Counted from the first letter of the stretch, positions 1-8,674 are shown. The stretch: 32,000 nucleotides of DNA from an uncultured Alphaproteobacteria bacterium (GCA_934246625.1 CAKQHZ010000001.1:510001-542000); one strand, 5' to 3'. The notes: generated by a model not told the origin, from the sequence alone. Numbers and translations are program-made.

Positions 1-16
1 TCGGTTGAGGGGTATT

Positions 17-739
17 TTATTTCCTTATTTTTTCAAATGTGTTTATTTTAAATTCGAAAAGTGATGATGGGTTTATATTTACTATGTTCTTTACACTTGG
101 AATATTTCGAAACCTTTGTAATGGTTCAATTTCCATATTGATTTCCCAATGTTCCTTTAATGCTTCGGATAATGAATTTGTTGATGGTGTTTTATATATA
201 AACTCAACTTCTGTTTTCCATTTGTCCTTATATCTGTATGGCTCCTTTGTAATTTTGACTGAGCGTGTAGTATTTTCGTTTAAAAGTTTTATTATTTCGT
301 TGTATTCGTTATTTTTTGCATTTTTGAATGATTGGTATGCTTGGTTGTTATATTCTCCAGTTAATAAGTTATAACTTGGAAGTTTTAAGATTGAGGCATA
401 TATTGAATTTTCGTTTTTATCATTTATTCCTAAATCCCTTAACATCATATATTTTGAACCATTTACAGTATAACGAACGGTTATGTATTCCATAATTAGC
501 TTTTTTGTAAAGTCTTCTATTTGAAGTTTTGAAAAGGCTTTACTTTTTAATGGAGTAATTTCAAATAATTCCTTTGAATTATCAAAATTGGAAATTATTA
601 TAGGGTTAAGTTTGAAATTTGTGCTTTCAAGTTCTTGGTTTAAAACATTGCTTATGAATACGGATAACAATATGCTTGCAGTTCCGAAAATTGAAAGAAT
701 AATCAAAGATAGTGCGGAAGTGTTAGAGTTTAATTTCAT
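17..739 (-). CDS. VirB8-like bitopic membrane protein (putative type IV secretion component, paralog 2)
   Basis: 240-aa ORF with SD GAGGTG upstream of the ATG at 739. It has a single N-terminal TM (SALSLIILSIFGTASILLSVFI) followed by a soluble domain. That domain carries VirB8-type landmarks: KKLIMEYITVRYTV resembles the VirB8 Y-V-x-x-R-E-T-Y helix, and C-terminal NPSSLFEFKINTFEK resembles NPLGFxVTSY. The start overlaps the upstream gene by 17 nt. Confidence 0.4.
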   Translation of the reverse strand: MKLNSNTSALSLIILSIFGTASILLSVFISNVLNQELESTNFKLNPIIISNFDNSKELFEITPLKSKAFSKLQIEDFTKKLIMEYITVRYTVNGSKYMMLRDLGINDKNENSIYASILKLPSYNLLTGEYNNQAYQSFKNAKNNEYNEIIKLLNENTTRSVKITKEPYRYKDKWKTEVEFIYKTPSTNSLSEALKEHWEINMEIEPLQRFRNIPSVKNIVNINPSSLFEFKINTFEKIRK

Positions 740-1628
740 TTTGCACCTCTTTTATTTCAGTTTGTTTTTGTGTGTTATAATTTTTTAATATAAGTTCGTA
801 ATTTGGGTTAAACATATAACTTAAACTTATAATCTTTTTTGTTCGAGGAGATGATTTCATTCCAGTGATTGTTATATATGATGTAATAACATCTTGGTTT
901 ATGACTTTGTTATTTTGAAAATTTTCAAGTATGAAGTTGACCTTATACTCGTTTGTGATTTGAGTATCGGTTGTTGGTGAAATCCATTCTGATATTGTGC
1001 CGAAAAAAGATGTGTCATTTACTGTTTGTTGTGCTTGGATAAGTTCCATATCTAAAATAGTGATTGTTTGTGTAATACCATTTTGCACCATTATTTCATA
1101 AGTTGGTTTTTGATTTTGTAAAAATGAGCTGTAAATAGCGTTTGTTGAAAAGTTGCATATATAACATTTTTTTGTTATGTTTAAAAAGTCGGTGTTTTTT
1201 AAATTTGCATTTGTTGTGCAATCGCACCAATTTTCTTCGTTATCAACAAAGCGTTGTGATGTTGTGAAAGTTTTTGTTAAATATTCTCGAATCAAAAATT
1301 CAGAAAGGTATGTGTTTTCGGAAAGTTTCCTTATTTGTTGTGTGGGAATACCGTTTGTGCTGTTTAATTTTTTGAAACGAGTTTCATAAGTGTCCCAATA
1401 AATAAAATATGGTTTTATTTGTCGTGAGTATGCCTTTATGATTATGAATAGAGATATTATTATCGCAATTAAAATGAATAAAAAAGTTAATTTTGATAAC
1501 TTGTAAATTCCAAAAAGGTATTTACGTTCAGGAATTGATGCAATATCAACAGAAAATGGATATACGGGAAAATCGTTTTTATTTTCGGTTGATTGCCCAT
1601 TTGTTATATTGTTGCTTCTATTAACCAT
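723..1628 (-). CDS. VirB8-like bitopic membrane protein (putative type IV secretion component, paralog 1)
   Basis: 301-aa ORF with a ~45-aa cytoplasmic N-terminus and one TM (LTFLFILIAIIISLFIIIKA). IKPYFIYWD follows the TM, as the PY motif does in VirB8. It also has SEFLIREYLTKTFTT and C-terminal FNPNYELILKNY. A periplasmic 4-Cys cluster (WCDC...CYIC) is present. The gene overlaps both neighbours, suggesting translational coupling. Confidence 0.45.
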   Translation of the reverse strand: MVNRSNNITNGQSTENKNDFPVYPFSVDIASIPERKYLFGIYKLSKLTFLFILIAIIISLFIIIKAYSRQIKPYFIYWDTYETRFKKLNSTNGIPTQQIRKLSENTYLSEFLIREYLTKTFTTSQRFVDNEENWCDCTTNANLKNTDFLNITKKCYICNFSTNAIYSSFLQNQKPTYEIMVQNGITQTITILDMELIQAQQTVNDTSFFGTISEWISPTTDTQITNEYKVNFILENFQNNKVINQDVITSYITITGMKSSPRTKKIISLSYMFNPNYELILKNYNTQKQTEIKEVQNEIKL

Positions 1629-1786
1629 TCAGGTAAGCCTGGCTTTGTATCTACTTGAAGACAAGCACAAGGTGATATTTTTAATTCGTTTGCATCATAG
1701 CCAACACCAACAGGGTCTGTGTTATAAATTGAACCACTGCAACCTGAAATAAGTATAATTGTTAAAAGAGCTAATAATTTTTTCAT
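1604..1786 (-). CDS. small lipoprotein, VirB7-like
   Basis: 60-aa ORF with a strong SD (AGGAGG) upstream. It has a lipoprotein signal with lipobox LISGC (MKKLLALLTIILISGC|SGS). The short mature peptide carries a K-x-SPCAC motif reminiscent of VirB7/ComB7-type lipoproteins. It sits directly upstream of the VirB8-like genes and overlaps the first. Confidence 0.5.
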   Translation of the reverse strand: MKKLLALLTIILISGCSGSIYNTDPVGVGYDANELKISPCACLQVDTKPGLPEWLIEATI

Positions 1787-1926
1787 ATTTCCTCCTATTT
1801 ATAAATATAAGGATACAAGATGCTTTTTGTTTGTGCAAGTTTTTTTTGATGATGTTTGCAATATTTTCCTTTATTTTCTTAAATTTTATTATAGACTTTT
1901 ATTTGTTAATTAAATGGAGTTTATTT

Positions 1927-2514
1927 ATGAAAAAATTGTTAAGAAAAATTTATGATTATGTTTTGTATTTAAGTGAAACAAAATATGCTATGGCTGTGTT
2001 GCTTTTTATTTCATTTTTTGGAAGTATATTTTTCCCTCTTCCAACTGAAATTATTATGATTCCGATGATTTTAGCTGTGCCTAAAAAAGCATTATGGATT
2101 TCAACTATGGCTTTGATTTTTAGTGTGCTTGGCGGTGCTGCGGGTTATGTTGTTGGAAGTTTTTTATTTGAAAGTGTTGGTATAAAAATTTTGGAACTTC
2201 TTAACTATGTTGATACTTTCCATAAATTTGCTGGACTTTATAACGAATGGGGTTATTGGATTGTGTTTGCTGGTGGACTTACTCCTTTCCCATATAAAGT
2301 TATTACTATTGCAAGTGGTTTTGTTAATATGAATTTTGCAATATTTATAATTGCTTCTGCTGTGTCAAGGGCAGTGCGTTATTACTTTATTGCTTGGTTG
2401 TTATATAAATATGGTGAAAAGGCAAAGTATTTTATTGAAAAGCATTTGGAAGTTTTGACGGTTGTTTTCTTTGTGCTTTTGTTTGTTGGATTTTATGTAT
2501 TAAAGTTTATATAA
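1927..2514 (+). CDS. YqaA/DedA-family (VTT/SNARE-associated domain) membrane protein
   Basis: The start is trimmed to ATG 1927, which has GGAG 9 nt upstream. The protein is multi-pass, with FFPLPTEIIMIPM and a later G-L-T-P-F-P-Y-K ... SRAVRYY pattern typical of the YqaA/DedA family. Confidence 0.7.
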   Translation: MKKLLRKIYDYVLYLSETKYAMAVLLFISFFGSIFFPLPTEIIMIPMILAVPKKALWISTMALIFSVLGGAAGYVVGSFLFESVGIKILELLNYVDTFHKFAGLYNEWGYWIVFAGGLTPFPYKVITIASGFVNMNFAIFIIASAVSRAVRYYFIAWLLYKYGEKAKYFIEKHLEVLTVVFFVLLFVGFYVLKFI

Positions 2515-2527
2515 TATGTTAAGTTTT

Positions 2528-2568
2528 AAAAAAAATAACTGGGATTTTTTAGGTCCCAGTTTTTTTTA
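2528..2568. terminator. bidirectional rho-independent terminator between convergent genes
   Basis: Perfect 8-bp stem aactggga (2537-2544) / tcccagtt (2554-2561). It is flanked by an A-run upstream and a T-run downstream. Confidence 0.75.
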
Positions 2569-3483
2569 TTAGAAGCGGAATAGAAAACCAAGTTTTATGA
2601 TTGGAAAATATCCCTTTCTTATTGAATTTAGTTCATCTTCATATTGTGTTTTTGTATCGTCTAACAATTTTTGAATATCTGTATTTGATGTATCAACTGG
2701 TGCAGTTGCAATAAGATTTGTATAGTTTTCATCAGAGTAAATCTTTATATTTCCAGTTCCAGAAATGTCAGTGGTAATTTCTGGTTTGTCTGTGAATACA
2801 ACACCAGCATCAAGATACATTTTTAATCCCCAGAATAAACCAAAGTCAAAACCTAAACCTGCATAAGGTCCGTTTATATCATAATCAAGTCCAGCTTTTA
2901 AGTTTGCTGTGGCATCAACTTCATAGTAAAGTGTTTGATTGTTGTCTGATTTCATAGAAAATTTTTCGCCAGCAGTTTTTTTCAATTCGCCATTGATTGA
3001 AAAATCACCTGTGTAATATCCAGCAGAAATTCGGAAGTTGCCAAGTGCCCAAGTGTTTCCGAATGGATAAAAATCGATTAAGGCACCAAAGTTTTCACCC
3101 TTTATTTTTGCCTTTATTTCATTATCATCAATTTTAATTGGGTGGTCATCAAGATAATCTTCGATATAGCTATCAAGAGGTTTCCAAGAGTTATAATCCA
3201 AACGAAAACCGAATCTGTTTTTCCAAAAGTTATCTTCGTGTTGTGGAATTCTGTATCCAATTTGTGCATTGGCACCACCAAGAACACCAATACCAACACC
3301 AAGTTGGAAGCCTTTGGCTGAAAAGCCAGAATTTTCTTCCTTTAGTGCATATTTTATTGGAGAATTTTCAGGTTGAGCGATTTCCATTTTTTTTATGGGT
3401 GATGTTCCCTCAAGAGTTTGAGAAAAAGCATTTGCAGAAAGCAATGTTGTTGACAATGCCAATGTGAAAATTTTTTTATTCAT
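2569..3483 (-). CDS. outer-membrane beta-barrel protein
   Basis: The start is trimmed to ATG 3483. The signal peptide is MNKKIFTLALSTTLLSANAFS|Q. The body has alternating aromatic/Gly-rich beta-strand patterns. The C-terminus GFLFRF ends in Phe, a typical OMP signature. Confidence 0.75.
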   Translation of the reverse strand: MNKKIFTLALSTTLLSANAFSQTLEGTSPIKKMEIAQPENSPIKYALKEENSGFSAKGFQLGVGIGVLGGANAQIGYRIPQHEDNFWKNRFGFRLDYNSWKPLDSYIEDYLDDHPIKIDDNEIKAKIKGENFGALIDFYPFGNTWALGNFRISAGYYTGDFSINGELKKTAGEKFSMKSDNNQTLYYEVDATANLKAGLDYDINGPYAGLGFDFGLFWGLKMYLDAGVVFTDKPEITTDISGTGNIKIYSDENYTNLIATAPVDTSNTDIQKLLDDTKTQYEDELNSIRKGYFPIIKLGFLFRF

Positions 3484-3592
3484 ATTTCCCTCGTTTATTT
3501 GTTTATTTATATTTAAGATTTTATACCTATATAATAACAAGGTCAAGATAATAAAATTGTCAAATTATAGACAAAAATAGTAAAAATAATTA

Positions 3593-3621
3593 TTGAATAA
3601 TATTCAAAAATGTGATATATT
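3593..3621 (+). promoter_or_regulatory. sigma70-type promoter with extended -10
   Basis: TTGAAT (3593-3598), a 17-nt spacer, then TATATT (3616-3621). TG at 3613-3614 precedes the -10, giving TGnTATATT. The SD AAAGGAG (3631-3637) and ATG 3645 lie just downstream. Confidence 0.55.
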
Positions 3622-3644
3622 TATTTTTATAAAGGAGATTGTAT

Positions 3645-4336
3645 ATGTTAATGTTTAGACAAAAATCGGGGGGGGTAAAACCACTTCTTTTGAAAAATCT
3701 TTAAATATTGCGAAGTTTGTTCGCATTTCTTCAATTTGTTTATGTTTCAGTTTGTCAACTTTTTACTCCTCGGACGTTTTTGCAAGAAGGGGTAGAAATT
3801 CCAATAAACGTTTTGCAAGTAGTGGAAAAAATTCACGTAGGCAAGCAAAAACTGGAACTAGTAGTGTTTCTTTAAGAAAATCACAAAGTAGAGATATATC
3901 ACTAAGTAGAGATATAGATTCTTATTCTGTTGTAGCAAGTCCTGCTACAACAAGTAGTGTTTCGACAGATAGTTCCGCTGGTAATAATTATTCAAATTTG
4001 CTTGCAACTGTAAAAATGCTTTCAAACAGGATTGATGAACTTGAGAAAAAAATAGAATTAATAGTAGATAAATTAGACATTAGAGTTAATGCGTTGGAAA
4101 ATCGCATTTTTAGTCTTGAAACAGTAAAGTTAACTGATGAACAACAAAAAATAGTTGAGAATTTTAGGCGTAAATATCTACGTGAAGGGTTGGAAAATTT
4201 AACATATGAAGAAGCAAAATCTCAATTACCTTTTTTAACTGATGACTACATTAAAGAATTTATCCAAAAAATTAAGGATCTAAGTTCTATTGCAAGTGTT
4301 GCTTCTTCACTTAAAGAAAGTGAAAGTGCAAGATAA
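3645..4336 (+). CDS. secreted Arg/Ser-rich coiled-coil protein, frameshifted at a poly-G tract (phase-variable candidate, OFF as sequenced)
   Basis: ATG 3645 has a near-ideal SD 7 nt upstream. In the given sequence this frame stops at 3702 after 19 codons. The long ORF (track 3752..4336) is open back to 3659 in another frame. There it encodes a signal-peptide-like segment (KFVRISSICLCFSLSTFYSSDVFA|RRGR) but has no ATG. One extra G in the 8-G run fuses both parts into a 230-aa preprotein. Confidence 0.7.
3668..3675 (+). repeat. G8 homopolymeric tract (candidate slipped-strand mispairing site)
   Basis: tcGGGGGGGGtaaaa. This is the only G/C run of this length I can find in the window. It lies 8 codons into the reading frame that starts at ATG 3645. 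Confidence 0.9.
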
Positions 4337-4352
4337 ATTTTTGAAATAAAAA

Positions 4353-4377
4353 AAAGAGGAGCTGTTAACTCCTCTTT
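4353..4377. terminator. bidirectional rho-independent terminator
   Basis: 9-bp stem aaagaggag / ctcctcttt with a 7-nt loop. An A-run lies on one side and a T-run on the other. It sits between convergent genes. Confidence 0.75.
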
Positions 4378-4386
4378 ATTTTTCTT

Positions 4387-7300
4387 TTAATCTTCCAATT
4401 TGAATTTGCTTAGATATTCAAGGAAACGAGATTTGTAATTGTTTTCGAATGTTCTTTCACGAACGATTTCTTCAAATCTTTCTGGATTTGTATTTTTAAT
4501 TACCTTATATCTTGTTTCTTTTAATAAGTATTCACGAATATCTAATGTTGGAATACGGCTGTCCATTTGAAGTGGAGCTTTGCCCTGTGTGATAAGACGT
4601 GGGTCAAATCTGTAAAGTGGCCAGTGTCCAGATTCAACGGCTGCTTTTGTTTGTGTTGGGCCGTTAACCAAATCAAAACCGTGTGCAATACATGGAGCAT
4701 AAGCAATGATAAGTGATGGACCATCAAAACTTTCTGCTTCGCGGATTGCCTTTACAGCTTGGGCTTCGTTTGCACCCATTGCAATTTTTGCAACATAAGC
4801 ATTTGCATTTGCCATTGCAATTAAACCCAAATCCTTTTTCATAAGTTTTTTACCACCAGTTGCAAATTTTGCACTTGCACCAAATGGAGTTGATTTTGAT
4901 TGTTGTCCACCTGTGTTTGAATATACTTCGGTATCAAGCACAAAGATGTTGACATTTTTACCCATATTTAGAACGTGGTCAAGTCCACCGTATCCAATAT
5001 CGTATGCCCAACCATCACCACCGAAAATCCATAATGATTTTTTGATAAGATAGTCTGAAACAGAAAGAAGCATTTTTGATTTTTCATCTTTTGCAGATGA
5101 AAGTTTTTCCTTTAATGCCTTTACACGATTTCTTTGAGCATCAATACCAGCTTCAGTTGATTGGTCTGCGTTAATGATTTCTTCAACAATGGTATCGCCG
5201 ATTGTTGATGATAATTCCTTTAATAATGTTTTTGCAGTATTTGATAGAGTTTCAACTGCAACTGCTTGACCAAAACCATATTCTGCATTGTCTTCGAATA
5301 ATGAGTTTGACCATGCTGGACCATAACCCTTTTCATTTTTTGCATAAGGGGTTGTTGGTAAATTACCACCATAAATTGATGAACAGCCTGTTGCGTTTGC
5401 AATCATCATTCTGTCACCAAAAAGTTGAGTGATAATTTTAATATATCCAGCTTCACCACATCCAGCACATGCACCAGAGAACTCAAATAATGGTTGCATA
5501 AGTTGAGTGTGCTTTGGAAGAGCAGGGTTTAATTTTGTTCTGTCAATATAAGGAATTGATTCAAAGAATTTAAAGTTTGCACTTTCAACTTTGCCAACTT
5601 CTTGTATTGATTTCATTGTTAATGCCTTTGCAACTTTGTCTGAACCTTCGATAGGTGTTTTTACAGGACAATTTGCAACACAAAGTCCGCAACCTGTGCA
5701 ATCTTCAGGAGATACTTGAACAACATAATTTAAACCTTCGCCAAGTTCCTTTGTCTTGTATTTTGCAACTTTGAATGTGTTTGGAGCATTTTTAAGTTCT
5801 TCGTCTGTCATAACTTTTGTTCTTATTGCACCATGTGGGCAAATGAAAGCACATTTTCCACATTGTAAGCAAGTTTCGTTATTCCATACTGGAACCATTT
5901 CTGCGATTGAACGTTTTTCGTATCTTGAAGTTGCAGTTGGGAATGTGCCATCAGGTGCAAATGCAGATACAGGTAAATCGTTTCCTTCACCAGCAATGAT
6001 TTTTGCATGAAGTCTTTTTACAACTTCGGTTGCATCACTTGAAACAACAGATGGACGAGGACGTGCATTTTGTGATGGTGTTGATGGAACTTCTACCTCA
6101 TAAATATTTGAGATAGCATTATCAACAGCGTTAAAGTTCATTTGAACTATTTCAGGACCCTTTTTCATATAAGTCTTTTCAATAGCTTTTTTAATTGCTT
6201 TGATTGCTTGTTCACTTGGGATTACACTAGCAAGATGGAAGAATGCAGTTTGCATAATTGTATTGATACGTCTTCCCATACCTGAATCACGAGCAACTAT
6301 ATTTGCATTGATTGCATATACTTTTAATTTCTTTGAAATAATTTGTTCTTGAACTTCAAGTGGTAAGTTTTCCCAAAGTTGTTCTTTTTTAAATGGTGAG
6401 TTGATTAAAAGTGTGCCACCTTGTTTGATATTTTTTAACATATCAAGAGTATAGAACAATGGGAAGTGGTGAACTGCCAAAAAGTTTGCAGAACTTATTA
6501 AATATGGAGCTTTGATTTGTTTATCACTAAATCTTAAATGTGAAATTGTGTTTCCACCAGATTTTTTTGAATCGTATTCAAAGTATGCTTGACCATATTT
6601 TGTTGTTTCTGAAGTGATAATTTTAATTGAGTTTTTATTTGCTCCAACTGTTCCATCACTTCCTAAACCATAAAAGAGTGCTGCATAAGTATCTTTGTCA
6701 TCAAGTTCAAAACCATTGTTATAATCAAGTGAAAGGTGTGTTACATCATCATTGATACCAACAGTAAATTCTTGTTTTGGTTCGGATTTGTTTAGTTCGT
6801 CGTAAATAGCCTTTACCATATTTGGAGTAAATTCTTTTGATGAAATACCATAACGACCACCATTTACATAGATGCCACAGCGATTTTCTTCTTTTAATGC
6901 AGAGCATACATCAAGGTATAATGGTTCGCCAAGTGAACCAGGTTCCTTTGTTCTATCAAGAACAGAAATTTTCTTTACACTTGATGGAATTGCATTTACG
7001 AAAGCCTTTGTTGGGAATGGTCTGTAAAGATGAACTTTTACCAATCCAAGTTTTTCGCCATTTGCATTTAAAACTTTTATTGTTTCTTCGATTGTTTCAC
7101 AAGCAGAACCCATTGCAACAATTACTCTGTCTGCATCAGGAGCACCTACATATTCAACAACATCGTAATGTCTTCCTGTAAGTTTTTCGAATTTTTCCAT
7201 TTCTTCCTTTACGATGCCTTCAACCTTGTCATAGTAAGGGTTTGATGCTTCACGTGCTTGGAAGAATACATCAGGGTTTTGAGCAGTTCCGCGGATTGCT

Positions 7301-7941
7301 GGATTTTCAGGTGTTAAAGCATTTTTGCGGAATTCATCGATTTTTGATGTATCAATCATTTTTGATAAAACTTCGTCTGAAACTTTTTCAATTAAGTTGA
7401 TTTCGTGTGAAGTTCTGAAACCATCAAAGAAGTGTAAGAATGGAACACGAGCTCTTAGTGTAGCAGCGTGTGAAATAACAGCTATATCGTGAGCTTCTTG
7501 AACACTGTTTGAAGCAATCATTGCAAATCCAGTTTGACGACATGCCATAACATCGGAATGGTCGCCAAAGATTGATAAAGCGTGAGAAGCAACAGTTCTT
7601 GCACTTACATGCATAACGAATGGGAACAATTCACCAGCGATTTTATACATATTTGGAATCATTAAAAGAAGACCTTGTGATGCGGTAAATGTAGTTGCAA
7701 GTGAACCTGCTTGAAGAGCACCATGAACTGCACCAATAGCACCAGCTTCTGATTGCATAGTTGTTACTTCTGGAACTATACCAAAAAGATTTTGTCTTTT
7801 GGCATTACTCCATACTTCGTAATTTTCTGCCATAGGTGATGATGGAGTGATTGGGTATATAATTGCGAGATCGGTCAATCTGTAAGCAACATCAGATGCA
7901 GCTTCATTTCCATCACACATCAATTTTGTTATATCAGCCAT
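4387..7941 (-). CDS. nifJ: pyruvate:ferredoxin (flavodoxin) oxidoreductase, single-chain PFOR
   Basis: 1184 aa. It carries two 4Fe-4S ferredoxin motifs (CLQCGKCAFICP, CTGCGLCVANCP). The TPP-binding region is GGDGWAYDIGYGGLDHV. The N-terminus has the conserved YPITPSS and the overall architecture is that of PFOR. Confidence 0.95.
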   Translation of the reverse strand: MADITKLMCDGNEAASDVAYRLTDLAIIYPITPSSPMAENYEVWSNAKRQNLFGIVPEVTTMQSEAGAIGAVHGALQAGSLATTFTASQGLLLMIPNMYKIAGELFPFVMHVSARTVASHALSIFGDHSDVMACRQTGFAMIASNSVQEAHDIAVISHAATLRARVPFLHFFDGFRTSHEINLIEKVSDEVLSKMIDTSKIDEFRKNALTPENPAIRGTAQNPDVFFQAREASNPYYDKVEGIVKEEMEKFEKLTGRHYDVVEYVGAPDADRVIVAMGSACETIEETIKVLNANGEKLGLVKVHLYRPFPTKAFVNAIPSSVKKISVLDRTKEPGSLGEPLYLDVCSALKEENRCGIYVNGGRYGISSKEFTPNMVKAIYDELNKSEPKQEFTVGINDDVTHLSLDYNNGFELDDKDTYAALFYGLGSDGTVGANKNSIKIITSETTKYGQAYFEYDSKKSGGNTISHLRFSDKQIKAPYLISSANFLAVHHFPLFYTLDMLKNIKQGGTLLINSPFKKEQLWENLPLEVQEQIISKKLKVYAINANIVARDSGMGRRINTIMQTAFFHLASVIPSEQAIKAIKKAIEKTYMKKGPEIVQMNFNAVDNAISNIYEVEVPSTPSQNARPRPSVVSSDATEVVKRLHAKIIAGEGNDLPVSAFAPDGTFPTATSRYEKRSIAEMVPVWNNETCLQCGKCAFICPHGAIRTKVMTDEELKNAPNTFKVAKYKTKELGEGLNYVVQVSPEDCTGCGLCVANCPVKTPIEGSDKVAKALTMKSIQEVGKVESANFKFFESIPYIDRTKLNPALPKHTQLMQPLFEFSGACAGCGEAGYIKIITQLFGDRMMIANATGCSSIYGGNLPTTPYAKNEKGYGPAWSNSLFEDNAEYGFGQAVAVETLSNTAKTLLKELSSTIGDTIVEEIINADQSTEAGIDAQRNRVKALKEKLSSAKDEKSKMLLSVSDYLIKKSLWIFGGDGWAYDIGYGGLDHVLNMGKNVNIFVLDTEVYSNTGGQQSKSTPFGASAKFATGGKKLMKKDLGLIAMANANAYVAKIAMGANEAQAVKAIREAESFDGPSLIIAYAPCIAHGFDLVNGPTQTKAAVESGHWPLYRFDPRLITQGKAPLQMDSRIPTLDIREYLLKETRYKVIKNTNPERFEEIVRERTFENNYKSRFLEYLSKFKLED

Positions 7942-8263
7942 AATTTTTACCTTTCATTTGTTTTTATTAGCTTTTATTGTTATGTATGATACTAGCTTTG
8001 TCTGCTTGTTTCAAGGGAAAATTTTTCTATATTAAAAAGAGTGTTAAAAAAACTTTACAATATTTTTGTTATATGATATTATCGGAGTCGGTTCACAAAA
8101 AGAATCAAAAAGTAGAATTAAAATATATTGAAAAAGAATAAAATATAATTTTACGGGGTATTTTAAAGTTATATTTTGCTAACATTTTGATATGTATTTA
8201 GTTTTAATTTGGCACTTTGTAGGGGTAAAAAATTCGAAGTGCAAAACGGGAGAAAATAAAACC

Positions 8264-8674
8264 ATGAATAAGATTATGAAAAAATCTATAATGTTGTGTC
8301 TTCTTTGCACAATGTTTTCTGTTCACGCATATTCACAATACGGTGGCTGTAGTTATTCTTCTGGTGGATATTCTGCACCTAAAAAGTCTGCTTTGACTTC
8401 GGTTTTGGAACAGTATTGTGTTCCTGCAAGTGGTAATGATTGTTCAAAGTCTTCTGAATTGGCAGAATATACTTCAAAGGGTTGTTCTTGCAATATTGGA
8501 AGATATTGGAATTCATCTTTGCGTAAATGTAAGGAATGTGAATATGGTAGTTATAAACCAAGTTTAGGTGTTGAAGATTGTATTCAAATCGAATGCCCTG
8601 TGAATACTTTTTTAACAACTGTATCCAATTGTGGAGTTAATGAATATAGAAAAGTTTTACAAGAAACAAAATAA
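8264..8674 (+). CDS. small secreted cysteine-rich protein (CxxC / ephrin-receptor-like module)
   Basis: The start is trimmed to ATG 8264, which has GGGAG upstream. The signal peptide is MNKIMKKSIMLCLLCTMFSVHA|YS. The ~112-aa mature part has about 11 Cys. These include CSCNIGRYW...KCKECEYGSYKPSLGVEDCIQIECPVNTF. Confidence 0.7.
   Translation: MNKIMKKSIMLCLLCTMFSVHAYSQYGGCSYSSGGYSAPKKSALTSVLEQYCVPASGNDCSKSSELAEYTSKGCSCNIGRYWNSSLRKCKECEYGSYKPSLGVEDCIQIECPVNTFLTTVSNCGVNEYRKVLQETK

Noticed and set aside
39-1389. Plus-strand ORFs 39..374, 588..788 and 1177..1389 opposite the VirB8-like genes
   Set aside because: They have no SD or promoter context and their composition is hydrophobic nonsense. They are fully overlapped by longer minus-strand ORFs with SDs, TM-plus-domain architecture and operon-style overlaps.
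3645-3704. The 19-codon ORF from ATG 3645 as a bona fide leader peptide or attenuator rather than a disrupted gene start
   Set aside because: The downstream frame encodes a signal-peptide segment homologous to the intact paralog at 31598 but has no start codon of its own. The junction is exactly at a G8 tract, so a frameshift or phase switch explains the data better. It stays listed as the alternative in the finding.
4542-7181. Short ORFs within or antisense to the PFOR gene: 4542..4727, 5202..5432, 5220..5402, 5756..6010, 5823..6008 and 6837..7181
   Set aside because: They are embedded in a highly conserved 1184-aa CDS. Their His/Gln/Leu-rich nonsense composition marks them as frame shadows.
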